From assembly GCA_965655095.1 (NCBI GenBank), contig OZ296651.1, forward strand, positions 87,544,001-87,608,000: a stretch of DNA of 64,000 nt, written 5' to 3'. The stretch comes from Haplodiscus bocki (lineage: Eukaryota). Position numbers and translations under genes: made by a program. The notes beneath the pieces were generated by a model. It saw nothing but the letters and a program-made list of their open reading frames with translations, did not search any database and had not been told where the DNA came from. This document shows positions 45,673 to 59,483 of this stretch, piece after piece. Position 1 is the first letter of the stretch. Each line of letters starts with the position of its first letter.

Positions 45673-48600
45673 CTAATTCCAAAGTTCACTTTCAGTTTCA
45701 TTTATTTAAAATCGCTTATCATCGAAATTAGATAATGTCGATTTTTTTAGTTCTTGGAAATGCATTTCATGGTTAATTGAACGAAGAATGTAATTATTAC
45801 ATTCTCTTTGATGTTCAATTTCATCCAAATTTTTTTAATATTCTTCAAATTTAATATGTTTTGATTGAGATTTAAAAACACTTTTTCATTTAATTTTACT
45901 ATTGTCTCTACATTTAATTGCATATATTTTACTTCTTAGACAAACGAACTTATCAATCCAAATATTTTTAGGAGTCTCGATTTTGAAGAAACCCACTCTT
46001 TTCTTGCTTTAATTACTGAATAGTTCATGTTTTTCATCTAAGTTACTGCAATCAAATATCTTTTCTAAACTTTTCAAGTCTTCCATATTATCTTTTTTAT
46101 TCATACTCAAAACGAAAGCATCCGCATCGATATAATGTATTTGCAACTTTTCCTGACCAAAATATGGTTGTAAAATATCATAATATGTTTCATACGTTAT
46201 TAAGTTACTCGAATCTAACACAGAAGATCCCAAGTATATAGGTTTATCCATTAAGACTTCTTTTTGTTTAAATGTATAACTATCACAGTTTTCATATGAT
46301 TTATGGATTCCATTGAAGGTTAGATTAGATTGTTGTTTTATTATTTTTTTGTTATCATCTTTTCTAATAAATTCTATTTTCAAACGATTTCTTACATTTT
46401 CCATTGTCTCACCATAAAATGCAGTATTGAGTAATTTATAGAAATCCTTTTCGAAATCATTAACAGCTTGATTTCTCTTTTGAGTAATAAAATTTATATA
46501 TTTTTCTAACCACTCACTCTATTTAAATGATTTTATATCATGAACTTTATTAACTACCATTCCATGTCTAACATAAAATTTTAACATCCTATAATGAATC
46601 AAATAATTTTTCTTCACATATCAATTTTTTAGTTTAAGTATGAGTATCAGGTTTAATTTTTCTCATATAATCACCAAATTTATCAGGATTCGTTTTTTTA
46701 TTTCCAGGAGCACATGGAAAATATCTTGTTTTTTTTCTTTTAACTTATCTGGATATTTTGAATCAACTTCAACGAAATACCCAATATCACTATCATCTGA
46801 AGTATCTAGTATATCTTTTAATTTACCACTTTTACCAAATTTAATTTCACCGTATGATAAAGGTTGTGACATTGAGTGGCCATATAAATTATTAGCATCT
46901 ATAAATATTACCTTTTTATTATCATCTGATTTAACAAACCTATCACCCATAACGCTGCTTATACCACCACGAATTTTTTTTTCTGATAACAAAATCATAT
47001 CTTCATCTTGAAGTGTTTGTAAGTTTATTCTTGTATATTTCACATTGCGAAGTATAACCAGGTAAACTAACACAATATAGAGGATTAATACTTAATTCAA
47101 AAACTGATACTTTTATAACTTTCTCAAACACACATGTAAGCATAAATACATCACTTTTTAAAAATATTTCTATTAATTCTTCTCCATTTTTATTATCAAA
47201 CAATTTAATAGTTTCTTTTGTTTTTTCTATTTTTTATCACTAGGATAATCATTTTCTAATTTACTGAAGAAGTCATCTTTCTTTATATTATCAACAAGTT
47301 TTTGATAATCATCGATACTAAAAAAATAATCATAAGATTATTCTAATTTTTTAGTTAAATACTTCCACTTGTCAAGAAATTCCGTTTTCAAAATTTTAAG
47401 ATCGTTTTCCCCAACATAATTAAGCAAAACATCTTCTAATGTTTCAAGTTCAGCTGGATAATCTTTTTTCAAACCTTCAGTAGTCCTATCTTTTTCCCCT
47501 ATTGCATTAAAAATATTCAATACTTCATCTTTATCAACAATTTCGTTTTGAGCGTTTTATGATTATTATCAACAAGTGTCCTCACGAAGGAATCTAAACA
47601 ACTCGATAAAAATCAATAACTATCAAAAAATCTAATACAACCATATGTTACTGATATGTACTCTTCGTTTGTTTTAAGTATTATATCAAATTTTATTTTA
47701 TCACTCTTTTCATCAAATATTTTCTTGAAAAAAACAAATGACAATGGTAACTACTAAAGTTGTCAAAAATAAATGGTATTAAAGCACTTTGTTTCTGTGT
47801 TACATTAAAATTACAAATACTATGAGCTGACCCCCATTATTTGCCTGTCCAGTGACAATGATCTGTAATTTTATCAATTGAAATGTTTTTTCCACAAAAT
47901 CTGCAATTATTATTTTTTCTAAAATCTTCTTCATCTTTCTCTGTCATAATGATATCTTTCCAAGTGTTTTCAAAATAGAAAACCATTTTATTTTCTACTT
48001 TTTTAACCTCATCCACAAACCAATCTACTTTAATATAACCTAGAGGAGATTTAGAATAACCACTATTTAAAACATTTTCCATTTCAGATTTTATATGATA
48101 ACCATTAAGTACTGGGTTTTGTTTAAAAATATTAGTTGTTTTACTACCTATACTTGAACTATCAAATTCATTATCAGCTTCAAGATCTGCATATATCCTA
48201 GAATATAATGTTTTCTTTTGAAAATGATTCTTTCAATGAAGATGAGATTCACTTGGAGTTCTGAGTGTAGTTTTATTATCCTCTTGACATTTTTGATTAG
48301 GTTTAATTAACATATTTTCGCTTTTATATGAACTCAAACATTGTCTAAATAAAGTTTTTGTTATGATCTCCTGAAAAGACATTTCTTTTTTTAATAAGAA
48401 TATAATGGTATTTGTAAATTTCTAAATCAATAACTCTATCTGAACTTTTTTTACAAAATTCAATAGGGATTAGTTTATGTCTCCATTTATTCTGAACTTG
48501 ATAAAAAATTAATTCAAATATTTTTATAGATAAGTTATTTAATTCATCAAATCTGTGAACATCACTACATCTGAATCCATTAGAAAAATCAAATCCAATG

Positions 48601-49461
48601 ATGTTTAAATCAATGAAATAATGTTTATAAATTGACATTTTGTTGGGATGATTATTTTTGCAAGGATCAAACTAGCTAATATTGACCACATGAAACAATA
48701 TTTATCAATATTTTCAAAAATCAAGATGGCGTCTGATCTGAAGGGAATTTTAACATAAGTTGAACTTTTCAATTAACCAGTTTTAAAAAAACATATTGTC
48801 ATTGAATTTATTTTATCAAATATCCATACAGAATGTTTCATCTCCTGTTGTTTTGTTTGATGTTCTAATGGAGATTTAACATCAATATTATCAATATCAG
48901 TTTGTGTTAAATTATGGTTCACTTTTATATTAGGAATTATATCTGTTTCGTCTAATACTTGATTGTCTTCAATTTGTTTATCAAACCTTGCTGAAAAAAT
49001 TGTTTGATATTTGATATTATACTGAGTTATTAATCTAGCATAAATAACAGATAGTTCTTTCATGATTTTATTAATATAACGAACTTCAATTCCGATTTCA
49101 GGATAATTTGGTGTAATAGTTAATTCAGAAATAGCATGATTAATATGATGAATATCTAAGTTAATTTTGAATCCCACTTTCAAATTTCTATCAGTGAAAT
49201 AAAATGGATTAATCACCTTTTCAGCTAATTTTCTATTTATTTGCTTATCATCTAGTTTCTTATTATCTCTTGCAAAATGTTTTAATAATTTAGGATTAAA
49301 AGTTTTTTAAATTTTTTTTCAATAGGTTCTTGAAATTACCATTCTGGTTTAATCATCTCATTTTGCTTTTCATTTTCTAAGTGTTTTCTACTTCTCACGT
49401 GTTTTACACAAGATGCGCTATGAATATCAACATTACAAATATCACATCTGCGGCTATTCAT
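45673..49461 (-). pseudogene. Protein-primed family B DNA polymerase with N-terminal C2H2 finger and endonuclease VII-like insert
   Basis: CDICNVDIH...HVRSRKH; CRFC...DHCHWTGK; RGGISSV, IDANNLYGHSMSQPL, KLLNTAFYGETMENVRNR, YIDADA (YxDTDS-like); many frameshifts. Confidence 0.93.
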
Positions 49462-49591
49462 TTTTGCGTCTCTATTTATATAGGACAATAAGTTTGAAAT
49501 GGTTTATCTAAGACTCAAATTTTTCTGAAACATGGATACACACTATTATATGAGTATTTTTACAAAAGCATACTTACAATTATATGAGTAT

Positions 49592-49942
49592 TTATACATA
49601 CTTTTGAAAAAAAATTTTGTGTTCGTGTAATTTTTTTATAATTATACAAGGGTTATACGTACAATTACATGAGTAATCTACGTTATTATCATCTTTTCGT
49701 CTACTATAATGATTAGGAAAGACAATAAAATTAATATAATCATTTTCATAAGGATCATTTACACTTTCTTTTTGATTTCTAGTTTTAATAATAGTATAAC
49801 ATAAATCAGAAAAATTATTATTCGTATTCTTAACCTGAGGTTTAGTCTGTAAAAATTTCATTAACAGCAATGTTTCATGATATATTCTGTTAATACCTTT
49901 AGCATTTTTACTGGAAAGATCTTCATCCATCCTAATATTCAT
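49592..49942 (-). CDS. Polinton hypothetical protein
   Basis: 116-aa ORF co-oriented with neighbouring element genes; no motif recognised. Confidence 0.4.
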   Translation of the reverse strand: MNIRMDEDLSSKNAKGINRIYHETLLLMKFLQTKPQVKNTNNNFSDLCYTIIKTRNQKESVNDPYENDYINFIVFPNHYSRRKDDNNVDYSCNCTYNPCIIIKKLHEHKIFFQKYV

Positions 49943-50462
49943 ATTATCATAATAAATACATATATTTTATAAAAAGTTAATTTTGTTTTACCTTTCATTT
50001 CTTGTATTTTAATAATCATATCTTCTGTTGAGTTAAATGTAGTTTTAACCATTTTCATCCAAATTTCTCTTAACCTTTTACACGCATAAGGTAATCTAGT
50101 TGAAAAATAAAGATAGTGTCTACGATTTTTTTATCTATCTAATGTTTTTGTTGGTTAAAAACGTATTGATAATTTCGACAATAGTAACCTTTATCAATAT
50201 CTAACCAATTATTTCTCTTACAAGTAGGACAAATTGGTGGTTCAAATTTTTGTTTTTGAATAATTGGTTGTTTGTTTTTAAGATAAATCTTAACTATCAA
50301 TTCATTATTATCATTTTTGATTAATCTCTGATTCTTCCTTATCTGTAATTCATCTTGAATTTGATATTGAGTTGTAAAGAAGTTGGAGGATCTCGGAGTC
50401 TAAAAACGATATTTTCAGTAGGATAAATTTTATATCGAGGATCTTTCACTTCTATGTAATAA

Positions 50463-50714
50463 TTACAGTTCAGATATTTCATTTTTTATTAAGTTTTTAC
50501 AAATATACCCCATCATATCATAATAGTTTATCTTTTCAAAAAAAGATCTATCATAAAAAGCTATCCATTTCATTAATCTAATATTATCTTGTCCTATTTT
50601 ATCAATACCTATTGCTGGTTTTGAATAGTGGTTTTGTTCAAAATCAGGATTTTCTAACATATCTTTATGTTTCTCAATTAAGGTATTCTTTATTTTTATT
50701 TTTTCATTTTTCAA
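50463..50714 (-). CDS. Polinton hypothetical protein
   Basis: 83-aa co-oriented ORF. Confidence 0.35.
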   Translation of the reverse strand: MKNEKIKIKNTLIEKHKDMLENPDFEQNHYSKPAIGIDKIGQDNIRLMKWIAFYDRSFFEKINYYDMMGYICKNLIKNEISEL

Positions 50715-50763
50715 TGTTGATAAAACTTCATATAATTCATCATAATCATTACTTTTATATATT

Positions 50764-50994
50764 TTATATGCATCTACTCAAATACAAAAAATTTTGAGTT
50801 CCGCATAATTCAATCGATTGATAAAATTTCTTTTTTCTTCGTTGTATTTTAGTAAGTTCATGCTTTCGTTTAATTACGTTATTTCCACATGAAACGCAAG
50901 TCCGTTCATATTCGTATGGAAGAAGAGTATTTTGGGAGCAATGACTACATTGTTCGCCATATTTTTGTAAAACTTCATCTTCTGTAAGTTCCAT
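50764..50994 (-). CDS. Small zinc-ribbon protein
   Basis: CSHC..LLPYEYERTCVSC (two CxxC pairs). Confidence 0.55.
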   Translation of the reverse strand: MELTEDEVLQKYGEQCSHCSQNTLLPYEYERTCVSCGNNVIKRKHELTKIQRRKKKFYQSIELCGTQNFLYLSRCI

Positions 50995-51008
50995 TGAGAT
51001 TTAAAATA

Positions 51009-51855
51009 TTATTCAATTAATTTTTTTTCTTTCATAGCTTGATTGTTTTGTTCAACAGATAGTTTAGTAGGAAGTAATAGATTTTCATTATATTTCTCGG
51101 GCAAATAGTCTATTCTATAGTTAGGAATAGTGTTGTATAAGACTTCTGTTAATGTGTAAAATTTATAGCTGTAATTTGTATTATCTCAATTGCTGAATAT
51201 CAGGTGTACGAACTAACTGTCCTAATTTGATTTTTGGTTGTTGTCTATCTCTTCGATCTTGAAGATGGGTATAGACTTCTTTTTCATTTGATTTCTTAGA
51301 GGCTTGAACGGGAGTCATTTTCGTTGAGCTGTGGATTGTTTTATTATATTTCCTTGAGACAGATGGTAATTCAGATATCCAATTAGCATTTCCTTTATCG
51401 AAGGGTGGTTTCTTTAACAAATTACGTATAGATCTTATCACTCTCTCGGCTATTGAGGGACCTTTATCTGTGAAACTTGAATAATGTTGAATCTTTTTAC
51501 TTTTTAAGAAACTTTGAGAGAGAGATTTATACTGTTCTCCTCCTCTGTCGCTTTCAGTTTCCAGAAGTTTTCTCATCGATTTAGTTAGAATGTTTGAAAA
51601 CTCTTGTGTTATTGTTTGACTCTTTTTATTTTTAGGAGGAATAGCCCAAACATATTTCGAAAAATTATCGATTATGATGAATATATATCTAAATCCTTTG
51701 TTATTTGAAAATTTGTAATCAATCATATCTGCCAGATCAATGCTCCAGATTTCATCAATATGAATAAATATTTTTTTATTAGTTGGATAATTTCTTTTTG
51801 GAGGTTTCGGATAAACTTCATCAACAAAAGTTTTAAAATTATACTTCTTGAGCAA
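51009..51855 (-). pseudogene. Retroviral-like (RVE) integrase of inner Polinton, frameshifted near C-terminus
   Basis: WSIDLADM, IIDNFSKY, ESDRGGE, SIAERVIRSI (D,D,E all present), YNKTIHSSTKMTP. Confidence 0.93.
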
Positions 51856-52449
51856 TTATTTTTAAAAAACATTTAGCTTTCACTTCCTGCATTAAGTTTG
51901 ATCGTTGATCAATTTCGGCACTCTTTGAATTATTTTCATTAAAATACATAGGTCTTAAATTAACCCAATTTGTAGATTTTTACATATCATTCTCATTAGA
52001 TAAGTTAGTTCTATGGGAGGATAACAATGATCTAAACACCAAATTTTACTATAAATTTCTATACTCATATCGCCACAAAATTGATAAAAATGCCATTTTT
52101 CATAAAAGAATAATTATAACAACCCATTAAACCAATCGTTTTTATTGATTTACTCAATTTTTTGAGATTTGAATGCTTTGTTATTTCTTGTTCTACAAAT
52201 TAATATTACAAATTAATTTAAAATTGAAATCCGTTTTTCTCTTCTGTCTCTCAAGAGCATTTCCTTAATCTTTACGATTGTTGTGATATTGTTCAATACA
52301 GATTTTGCATGTTCTTCGTTTACCACCTTTTCTTTTATTATCTTTATGAAAATGAGAGTTTAAACAAAAAATTCCACACAAACTACAATTTTTAATTAGA
52401 TTATAATCATATAAGTCTTCAATTCAAGTACTCATTCATTTAACAATGT

Positions 52450-53050
52450 TTCTTTGAAGTGATTTCACATAACTTTCAAACGTAACCCATTTCCGTGCAT
52501 ATCAGTTAGTAATAAAATTTTACCCCCACTTATGCTCTTTAGAATATCACTCGTAGCTTTACCAATTTGAGGATTTTTCGTTCTACCAGAAACAGCCTTT
52601 CCGATTTACGGACTAGCAGTATTTAGAGCTGGCTTTAAAAAATTATTCCATGCAGTTTGTGTCCCTCTGAAAATTTTTGTACTTTGCTTTTAAACGATCC
52701 ACCTTCAAGTTGAAAATGTTTAGGAGTAAAAGTAGTTTGTTTTTGACAATTATAAATAGGATTTTGGCACATATCATGTAATTTTAAAACGGTACAAACT
52801 TTATTCAAATCACACTATGCCGAATTTGACATAGCTTATCGATCTCCAAATTTGCATTTAGCATACTTAATAGCATTTTCTGCTCGAGTCATTTACTTTG
52901 TAAAATTTTGAGATTTATTGCTACCACAGATATTACAAGTACCTGTGATAATTTTGATGAGTTTTCTAGTTTTATGGTTTACTTTTTCAAATAAGTTCTG
53001 ATTAACTGATTCACTACAATGTCTTCTACCAACACACCATGTTTATGTCA
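52450..53050 (-). pseudogene. Two small conserved-looking Polinton ORF remnants (zinc-ribbon-like; basic core-protein-like with LEGG site)
   Basis: WCVGRR...GTCNICGSNKSQ; FQLEGG...FLKPALN.ASP...ILKSISGGKIL; LxGG fits adenain cleavage consensus. Confidence 0.45.
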
Positions 53051-53156
53051 ATTAACTATTTTAGATCTGAATATCCAGGAGGAGCACTAGGTTGCTAGTC
53101 AGAAACTTTATCCTTTTTATTTTTCAAAAAATTAAAATTGATTTTTATATTTATCT

Positions 53157-53770
53157 TCACATTATTTTGGCTAAATTTTTATTACGCTTAGTTATTTGAT
53201 CTTGACTAAAATTATCTTTAGTTATAACATCACTGAAAACATCTTCTACTTTGAATTGAGTTTTCTTCATTATATCTTTTCTCTTATCAAGGTAATTATT
53301 AGAAATATTTTTCAATTCCTCAGCTTCATTTTCTTCAATATTTTTAACAACCATCGATTGGTTTAAACTTTTCTCATTTAGCAAAGTGATAACATTAATT
53401 CAACTTCGTATTTTTGAATAACGTATTTTTAATGTTGATAAGTATTCCTTTGTGATTAAGATAGCAATACTAGTTAACAGAGCTGTGGAGGATCAAATAC
53501 TAACACCCGCACCAGGATTGATTAACCCCATTGTTGAACTACCTACTGCTGATCCTGAACCAATCAAAATTTCAGTGATATAAAACAAAATTTTCTTTTT
53601 ATTCAACTTTATATACTTTTTTTTTAATATTAATCATCAATTTTAACTGTTTTTAAAATACTCTCATGATCGTGTTTTCCTGTTTGTTGTGTTAAATTTT
53701 TGACTCCATCATCTCCTGTTTTTTTAATATTTCCGGTTCATTATTCAAATTAGGACATGTACTCATTTTT
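53157..53770 (-). pseudogene. Putative membrane protein of the Polinton structural module
   Basis: Gly/Ser-rich hydrophobic hairpin ITEILIGSGSAVGSSTMGLINPGAGV..SSTALLTSIAILIT followed by a charged helical tail. Confidence 0.5.
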
Positions 53771-53989
53771 TAGTCAGAAAATTGTTTTTCTAACAAATCT
53801 AAAGCAACAATTTCTATAAGATTGCGTTGTTTATGCAATTTCTCTAAAGCAAAACTTTTAACAATATCAATTTCTTGATCTGTAAATTTGCTTTGTTTCA
53901 ATATATCAAGTTCTACTAGACTCAACAACAAAACAAGATTTCGTGTATTATATTTGTAATAAGAGTTGAATTCTAAAACGACACATTGA

Positions 53990-55095
53990 TTTTAATGAAT
54001 CATTAGTTAAACTTGAAAATCTATTTTAATAGAATGTTTTATTACTAGTTTGACTAAACTCCGTTCGTTCGAAGCTGACAAAAACGTTATTACCATGATT
54101 ATTAGAACTCGTTTCTACATACATGAAACCGTCACCGAGAGGAGGCAGAGAAATTGCTGCAGTATGAATTGTTGGAGAAATTGTTTCTGTCGACTTTATG
54201 AAACTATGTATTTTACCATTGTTATTTTTATCATTACAATTTATATACCAATTTTGTAACAAATTGACGCCAGTAATTCTAAATTTGGTTATTGTTGTAT
54301 CAGTAATTTGTATTTTATCATCTTTAGTAAGATTATAGATGTCGTTTGCGACAGATACTTCGAGATAATTTTGTAGTGTTTGATTGAACCTAACTATAGT
54401 ATATTTATCTTATTCATCATCGAAATAATTTTTATTTGCTAATTCATTGTCCAAGTTAGGTTCTCTATTAATTAATATTGAGTCGATGTTTGTTAATTTC
54501 TTATCCTTGAAATCATTGTCTTGATTATTCTCTGCCAAATCACTTGATTCATCATAAAAATCTATACCTTAATCTCGTCTAGATCGTTCAACTTTTGATG
54601 AAATTGATCTACATAAGCATTGGTAATGATTTGATTATCATTAACTGCTAGAGTCTTTAAAGTAGTACTATTTATGTTAGTTAAGTCATTATTGTTAAAA
54701 TCATTATCTTGATTTTTTCTAACCAATGATGGTTCGTCTATGGCAGTATCAACATATAGTTTTGCTGTTAAAAGAGAATATGTTTGAGGCCATTGATTGA
54801 CTTGGCTAAATCTAGCATTGGTTATAGTTCTAACATTCAAATCTATCTGTTCGGTATTTTTTATTACACTAGAATCAATGAATAAACTATCAACATTCTT
54901 TTTGGAGTTGCTTCTTGTATGGAAATAGGATCAGGTAAGTTTTTCTTTCTGTATTGATTTTTTAGGTCAATGTCTTCTTCAATATTACTTTCTATTTAAT
55001 TAGTTCTCAGATAAGGTTTCTGTACAAATATTGAAGTATCAATTTTGCTACCATTATCATTTGAGTTACTGTTACCCAACACAATTATCGGCATT
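53990..55095 (-). pseudogene. Fibre-like repeat protein
   Basis: Repeated D-x-N-x-x-(I/L)TN...(K/A)xYVD units; C-terminal GDGFMYVETSS segment. Confidence 0.55.
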
Positions 55096-55243
55096 TTAGT
55101 TTACGAAATTAAATCCAGATGATGTTCTCTTCAACATTACTTATCAATTCTATTTGCAGAATTGTTTGAAGAATTTCCAAAAACTTTGATAGGCAATTTT
55201 AAATAAGAATCTTTATACGCACTCATTTAATTTGTAATGGTAA

Positions 55244-55640
55244 TTATTCAAGTACGAGTTTTAAAATAGAATTAAAAAACTTCATTCTTTCAATTAAATA
55301 GAAAAAGTATCAGCAATATGAGCCACATAAAATATAATTTATATCTTGTATGTTATAATCATGACAGATTATTGGTTTAGGTAAATGATTCAATAGACAA
55401 TTATCTAGTTGACCACCGAAACTATCAAAATAACATGATTTGTTGTCTTTTATTATAAAGCAAACCCAATGAGAACTTCCCATGCTTTCGTTATCAATAT
55501 TTACGAAACCTTTATCAGAATATATTTTAGAATCTCTGGGGTAAATAGCTTATTTTTAAATTCTTTGCAATTTAGATTCCTTCATAGTATTGTTTTTTAA
55601 CTTACCTTTTTCATAAAATCGTTAAATTTAATGTTTTCAT
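55244..55640 (-). pseudogene. Adenain-like cysteine protease of inner Polinton
   Basis: GFVNIDNESMGSSHWVCF..YFDSFGG...IQD...LCGSYC (H, D, Q, C catalytic pattern). Confidence 0.88.
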
Positions 55641-55650
55641 CTTCGATTAT

Positions 55651-56908
55651 TTATAAAACCTTAACTTCTATAATTTTATTGCCATCTGAATTCATTTTAT
55701 GTTGTCTATGTCTAATTAACACTAGCAAACAATCTTTCATTGACAGAACCTTCAGAAAATTCTTCAAAAACTTGTATTTTTTTAGGCGTAAAATGACCGA
55801 CTTCAAATCTGAGATCAATTACTCGAATAGGGTAGAATTTTTTTGTTTCAGTATAAGATATATAAGGATTTAATAACTGTTCACCAACATATTCCCTTTA
55901 GAATAATTTTATATATCTAGATTGATCTAAATATGAATTTTTTTCAAAACTTGTTGCAACAGAATCTCTAGGGTAACGAGCTCCATCGATTTCAACAAAA
56001 TTTTTAGTACAATGATTTGTGTCAAAAGTTGCAATATTATTAGCTTTTCTTCGGAATTCCTATTCTGTTCTGAGTTTGAAAAACTCTCATTAGATATTTA
56101 GGTGAATTAATATGTTGAGCGCTGCCGATATCAACTTGAATTTCTCTTCCATCATTTGAAATTTTACGTTCGGTATACCATGAATCAAAAGTAATTGTGT
56201 AGTTATACAAAAGAGATTCATTAAACATAACTTGTGTTTGAGTATTTGGATTTAATATAGGCACGTATAGATATAATATATGGATTGTTACGTTGATATC
56301 AGTAGCTATTGTTGTTAAAATAATATCTTGTAGATTAGCTGTTTTGAACTTTTGATGAAATCCTAGATTTTTAGTTATATTCTCAAAGGTTTTACAAAAT
56401 CCAAAAGTATGTTCTACTTCTAGTCTTCCTCTGTATCTTCCTGTTTTGGCATCTATGTGATTGTTAATTAGTAATCGTTTTCAATTATTATTATCATTGA
56501 GTGCGCTTTCACCAATTTTGTCGAAACATGAAGATAAATCACTATCTTTAGATGTTAATAAGCGCATGATTGTACTAACTTGTCCAACATATTTTTTTGT
56601 TCGAGATCTGAACCTCCTGTTGTACTCAACCTAGCTTCTTTGAAGCAATAAGCTAAAGCGTTATTTATCAATCTTATATCAATAGCTTTAGTAAAAGCAC
56701 CGGCGGTATCTCGTACTGTTATATCAAAAACAAGGTAAACATTACCAATCTGATGCTAATTGCTATTCTCTCCAAAAATTATATCTACACTTTGATCGGG
56801 ATCGTTTAAATTTGCTTCTTGTTGGTGATATAATTTTAAATGATCTCTCTTAACGTAACTATTATCAGTTAGTTCAATATCTAATAATTGAAAATTTTCT
56901 AAGCTCAT
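55651..56908 (-). pseudogene. Major capsid protein (double jelly-roll, hexon-like) of inner Polinton
   Basis: ~420 codons: RLINNALAYCFKEARLST.GG..E...VGQVSTIMRLL; HTFGFCKTF; LYVPILNP; SPKYL..FQT; VEIDGARYP; VIDLR. Confidence 0.85.
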
Positions 56909-57111
56909 TCAAAATGAGTGAAACCATTTGCTGACAATAGTTTCTGTTTAAATGGTTGTAAATTTGAAGGTAAATTTGATTTGGTCATTTTTATTTCTTG
57001 TCTAAATTTAGGTTTGTGTTTATTAGAATGTAATCTTGATTTTATTAATGTTCTAGGTCTTTATTAAATATTAAATACTTATAGTTGTGAGTATACTCTG
57101 GTATCTGTGTA

Positions 57112-57900
57112 TTAAATTTCCTTAATTGATAATCTGAACGTTAGTGATTTTCCGTTGATTGATACCAATTCATTATTTTCATTTTTTAATCTGAAACAAA
57201 AGCTTGAAATAACATCTTTTGTTTCTGTCAAATAAAAAGTAATAGCTTCAGTAAATTTTTCTACATATTTTTAACCAAGATCGACTGTCATTGTCCAATT
57301 ATGAATGATACCACTTCTTTCACCTTTGAAGAGCATTCCTTTAGCAATATCACATTCGAGAAAAACGTTATCGAAACTGAGAATATCAACAGGATCTGGT
57401 GTTAGATCATATTCTTTGTATAATATATTCTCAACAAATCCTATATGAATTCTAATACTATCATCGAAATCAAAACCGATAATCGGTCCTTGTGGTGATA
57501 TTTCTATAATACTACTAACGTACTAAAGTTTGGTTTTATCGTGAATGGATAATCTGCTTCGGTGTAATGACCTCTATCAATAATTATCCTCTTGAATTCA
57601 TTATTTAAACTTTCAATTTCATAAGCACCTGGTGGTATGGTAATTTGTAGAATATCTTCATTGTTTGTAATTGTTTTCTTAAAATGAAACTTAATAATTG
57701 AATTTGTAACATCAAAACACCATTATAACCAGTTAGAAAAGTAACAGCTATTTTGAATTGTTTATTATTAGTTTGCAATGGTTGATGTAGATTTTCTTCA
57801 TGCGTAGATATATCAATAACAATCCAAATATGCTCTTCTTTTTTAGGTCTTGTATTGAATGCTATTTGTTTTAATAATTTACTTGGAAGCTCCATTCATT
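57112..57900 (-). pseudogene. Minor capsid protein (penton-like)
   Basis: ITIPPGAYEIE; PVDILSFDNVFLECDI.KG....RSGIIH; FRLKNENNELVSINGKSLTFRL. Confidence 0.75.
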
Positions 57901-57939
57901 AAAAGGAAAAATTTTTAAGAGCGTTCCGGTATTGCTGTT

Positions 57940-58739
57940 TGTTTTGTATTTCACCTCCTTTGTAAAATTCAACTATTAGATTTGATCAAACAATTTTAAT
58001 CCCAACAAGACTTCTACTCTAGTGTAGATATCAATTATGCTCAATGGTATAACAATTTTTGTAATTCCTTGACCTTCCTAATCACTAGAATCTTCTACAT
58101 TTTTTAAATTGTTGGTAAGGGAGGATTTCGAACTTTATCCATTACTTTTGAAAGATTATACAAAGCTTCTTTCATTCTAACTGAATTAAAAGCTCTTTTA
58201 GGTATATTATCATAGAAGCCAAAATTTTCAAGTATGTCAAATACTGTTTCCTTTTCAACATTATCCAAAAATTTAGTAGTGAGTTTTGTGTTAGTAAAAT
58301 ATGTGTGAATATCAGGAGTTATCTCAAATTCTACACCCTGAATAGTAATTCGGTTTTCTCCCGATAGTTTAATAAATACATCATTCCAGAATACTTTACC
58401 ATTATCTTTCTCTTCTAATTTATAAAAGTTTTTACTTCTCTTCATAGGCGTTAATGTGTCACGTAGGGATTGAGTGGCTGTTATACTTTCTTTAGCTGGT
58501 CTTTGAGTGTTTCCATCTTCAACATCTGATATTTTAACTGCTTCACCTAATTGTTTAGTGGACTCGTTAATAATATCTAACTTTTTAGTAATAGGAGAAA
58601 GACTTTCTGCTAAACTTTTATAATGTGTTTGTTCTAAATTTCTGTTTTTGATTTTAAGAGCCCGTTGATTTCTCTGTTGCTCAGCTAGTTTACGAAGAAT
58701 AATTGAATCTTGTTCACTTACATTAGAATAATTACTCAT
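57940..58739 (-). pseudogene. Conserved Polinton uncharacterised protein (PZ-like)
   Basis: 211-aa ORF with LAESLSPITKKL, then frameshifted GQG..IVIP..IIDIYTRVEVLLG; located between ATPase and penton. Confidence 0.55.
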
Positions 58740-58759
58740 TTAAAACGTTGAACCTTTAA

Positions 58760-59483
58760 AAAGGAGTTGTATCTGGAACAAATATTGAATTTAATCCCAA
58801 TCGATATCGACCAAAATATTTATCTTTAGTCATATCAATTGTAAGAGATTGATATTTTTCAGCCCAACAAGTAGATGTTATTAATTTGAATTCATTAAGG
58901 GTCATATCCATAGAACTTTTGTCTTGATAGATATTTAATACATCTCTGAATTTGTTTCGTTTGAAGATGTGATAATTACTTCCATTAGCTCTTATCGTTC
59001 TCTGTGGTAGTTCATAGTAATCTTGACTGATAAGGAATATGGATAATTGATTATGTCTAGATTTTTAAACCTTCCTTGTACTCTAGGATCATTCATTTCT
59101 TTTTCATTGAGATCATCTAGTGTAACAATACCGACATCATCATGTTCTTGAGGAAATTTTATTTCTTCAACTGACTCATATGTCTCTATTTCAGTATTGG
59201 ATTTTTCAAAAACTCTATTATTAACTATCTCTTCAATAATTACGTCTATATCTTCTTCATTGAGAATACTAGGTTTTATGTGAATGAGTATTTAATTACT
59301 AAAACATTGATTTAATTTTTGATTCAAGTCTTGATGTAAACTCGGTGAGCAGAAGTATAATTTATCATCTTTGTTAATAATAATTAAAATTAAATTTGTT
59401 AAAAACACTGATTTACCACATTCACTGGGTCCGGTTATGATACATCTAACTGGATGTTCAGGACATAAAACTTTTTCCATCAT
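58760..59483 (-). pseudogene. FtsK/A32-like DNA packaging ATPase
   Basis: Walker A IITGPSECGKS; Walker B IVTLDDL; SRHNQLSIFLISQDYYELPQRTIRANG. Confidence 0.92.
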
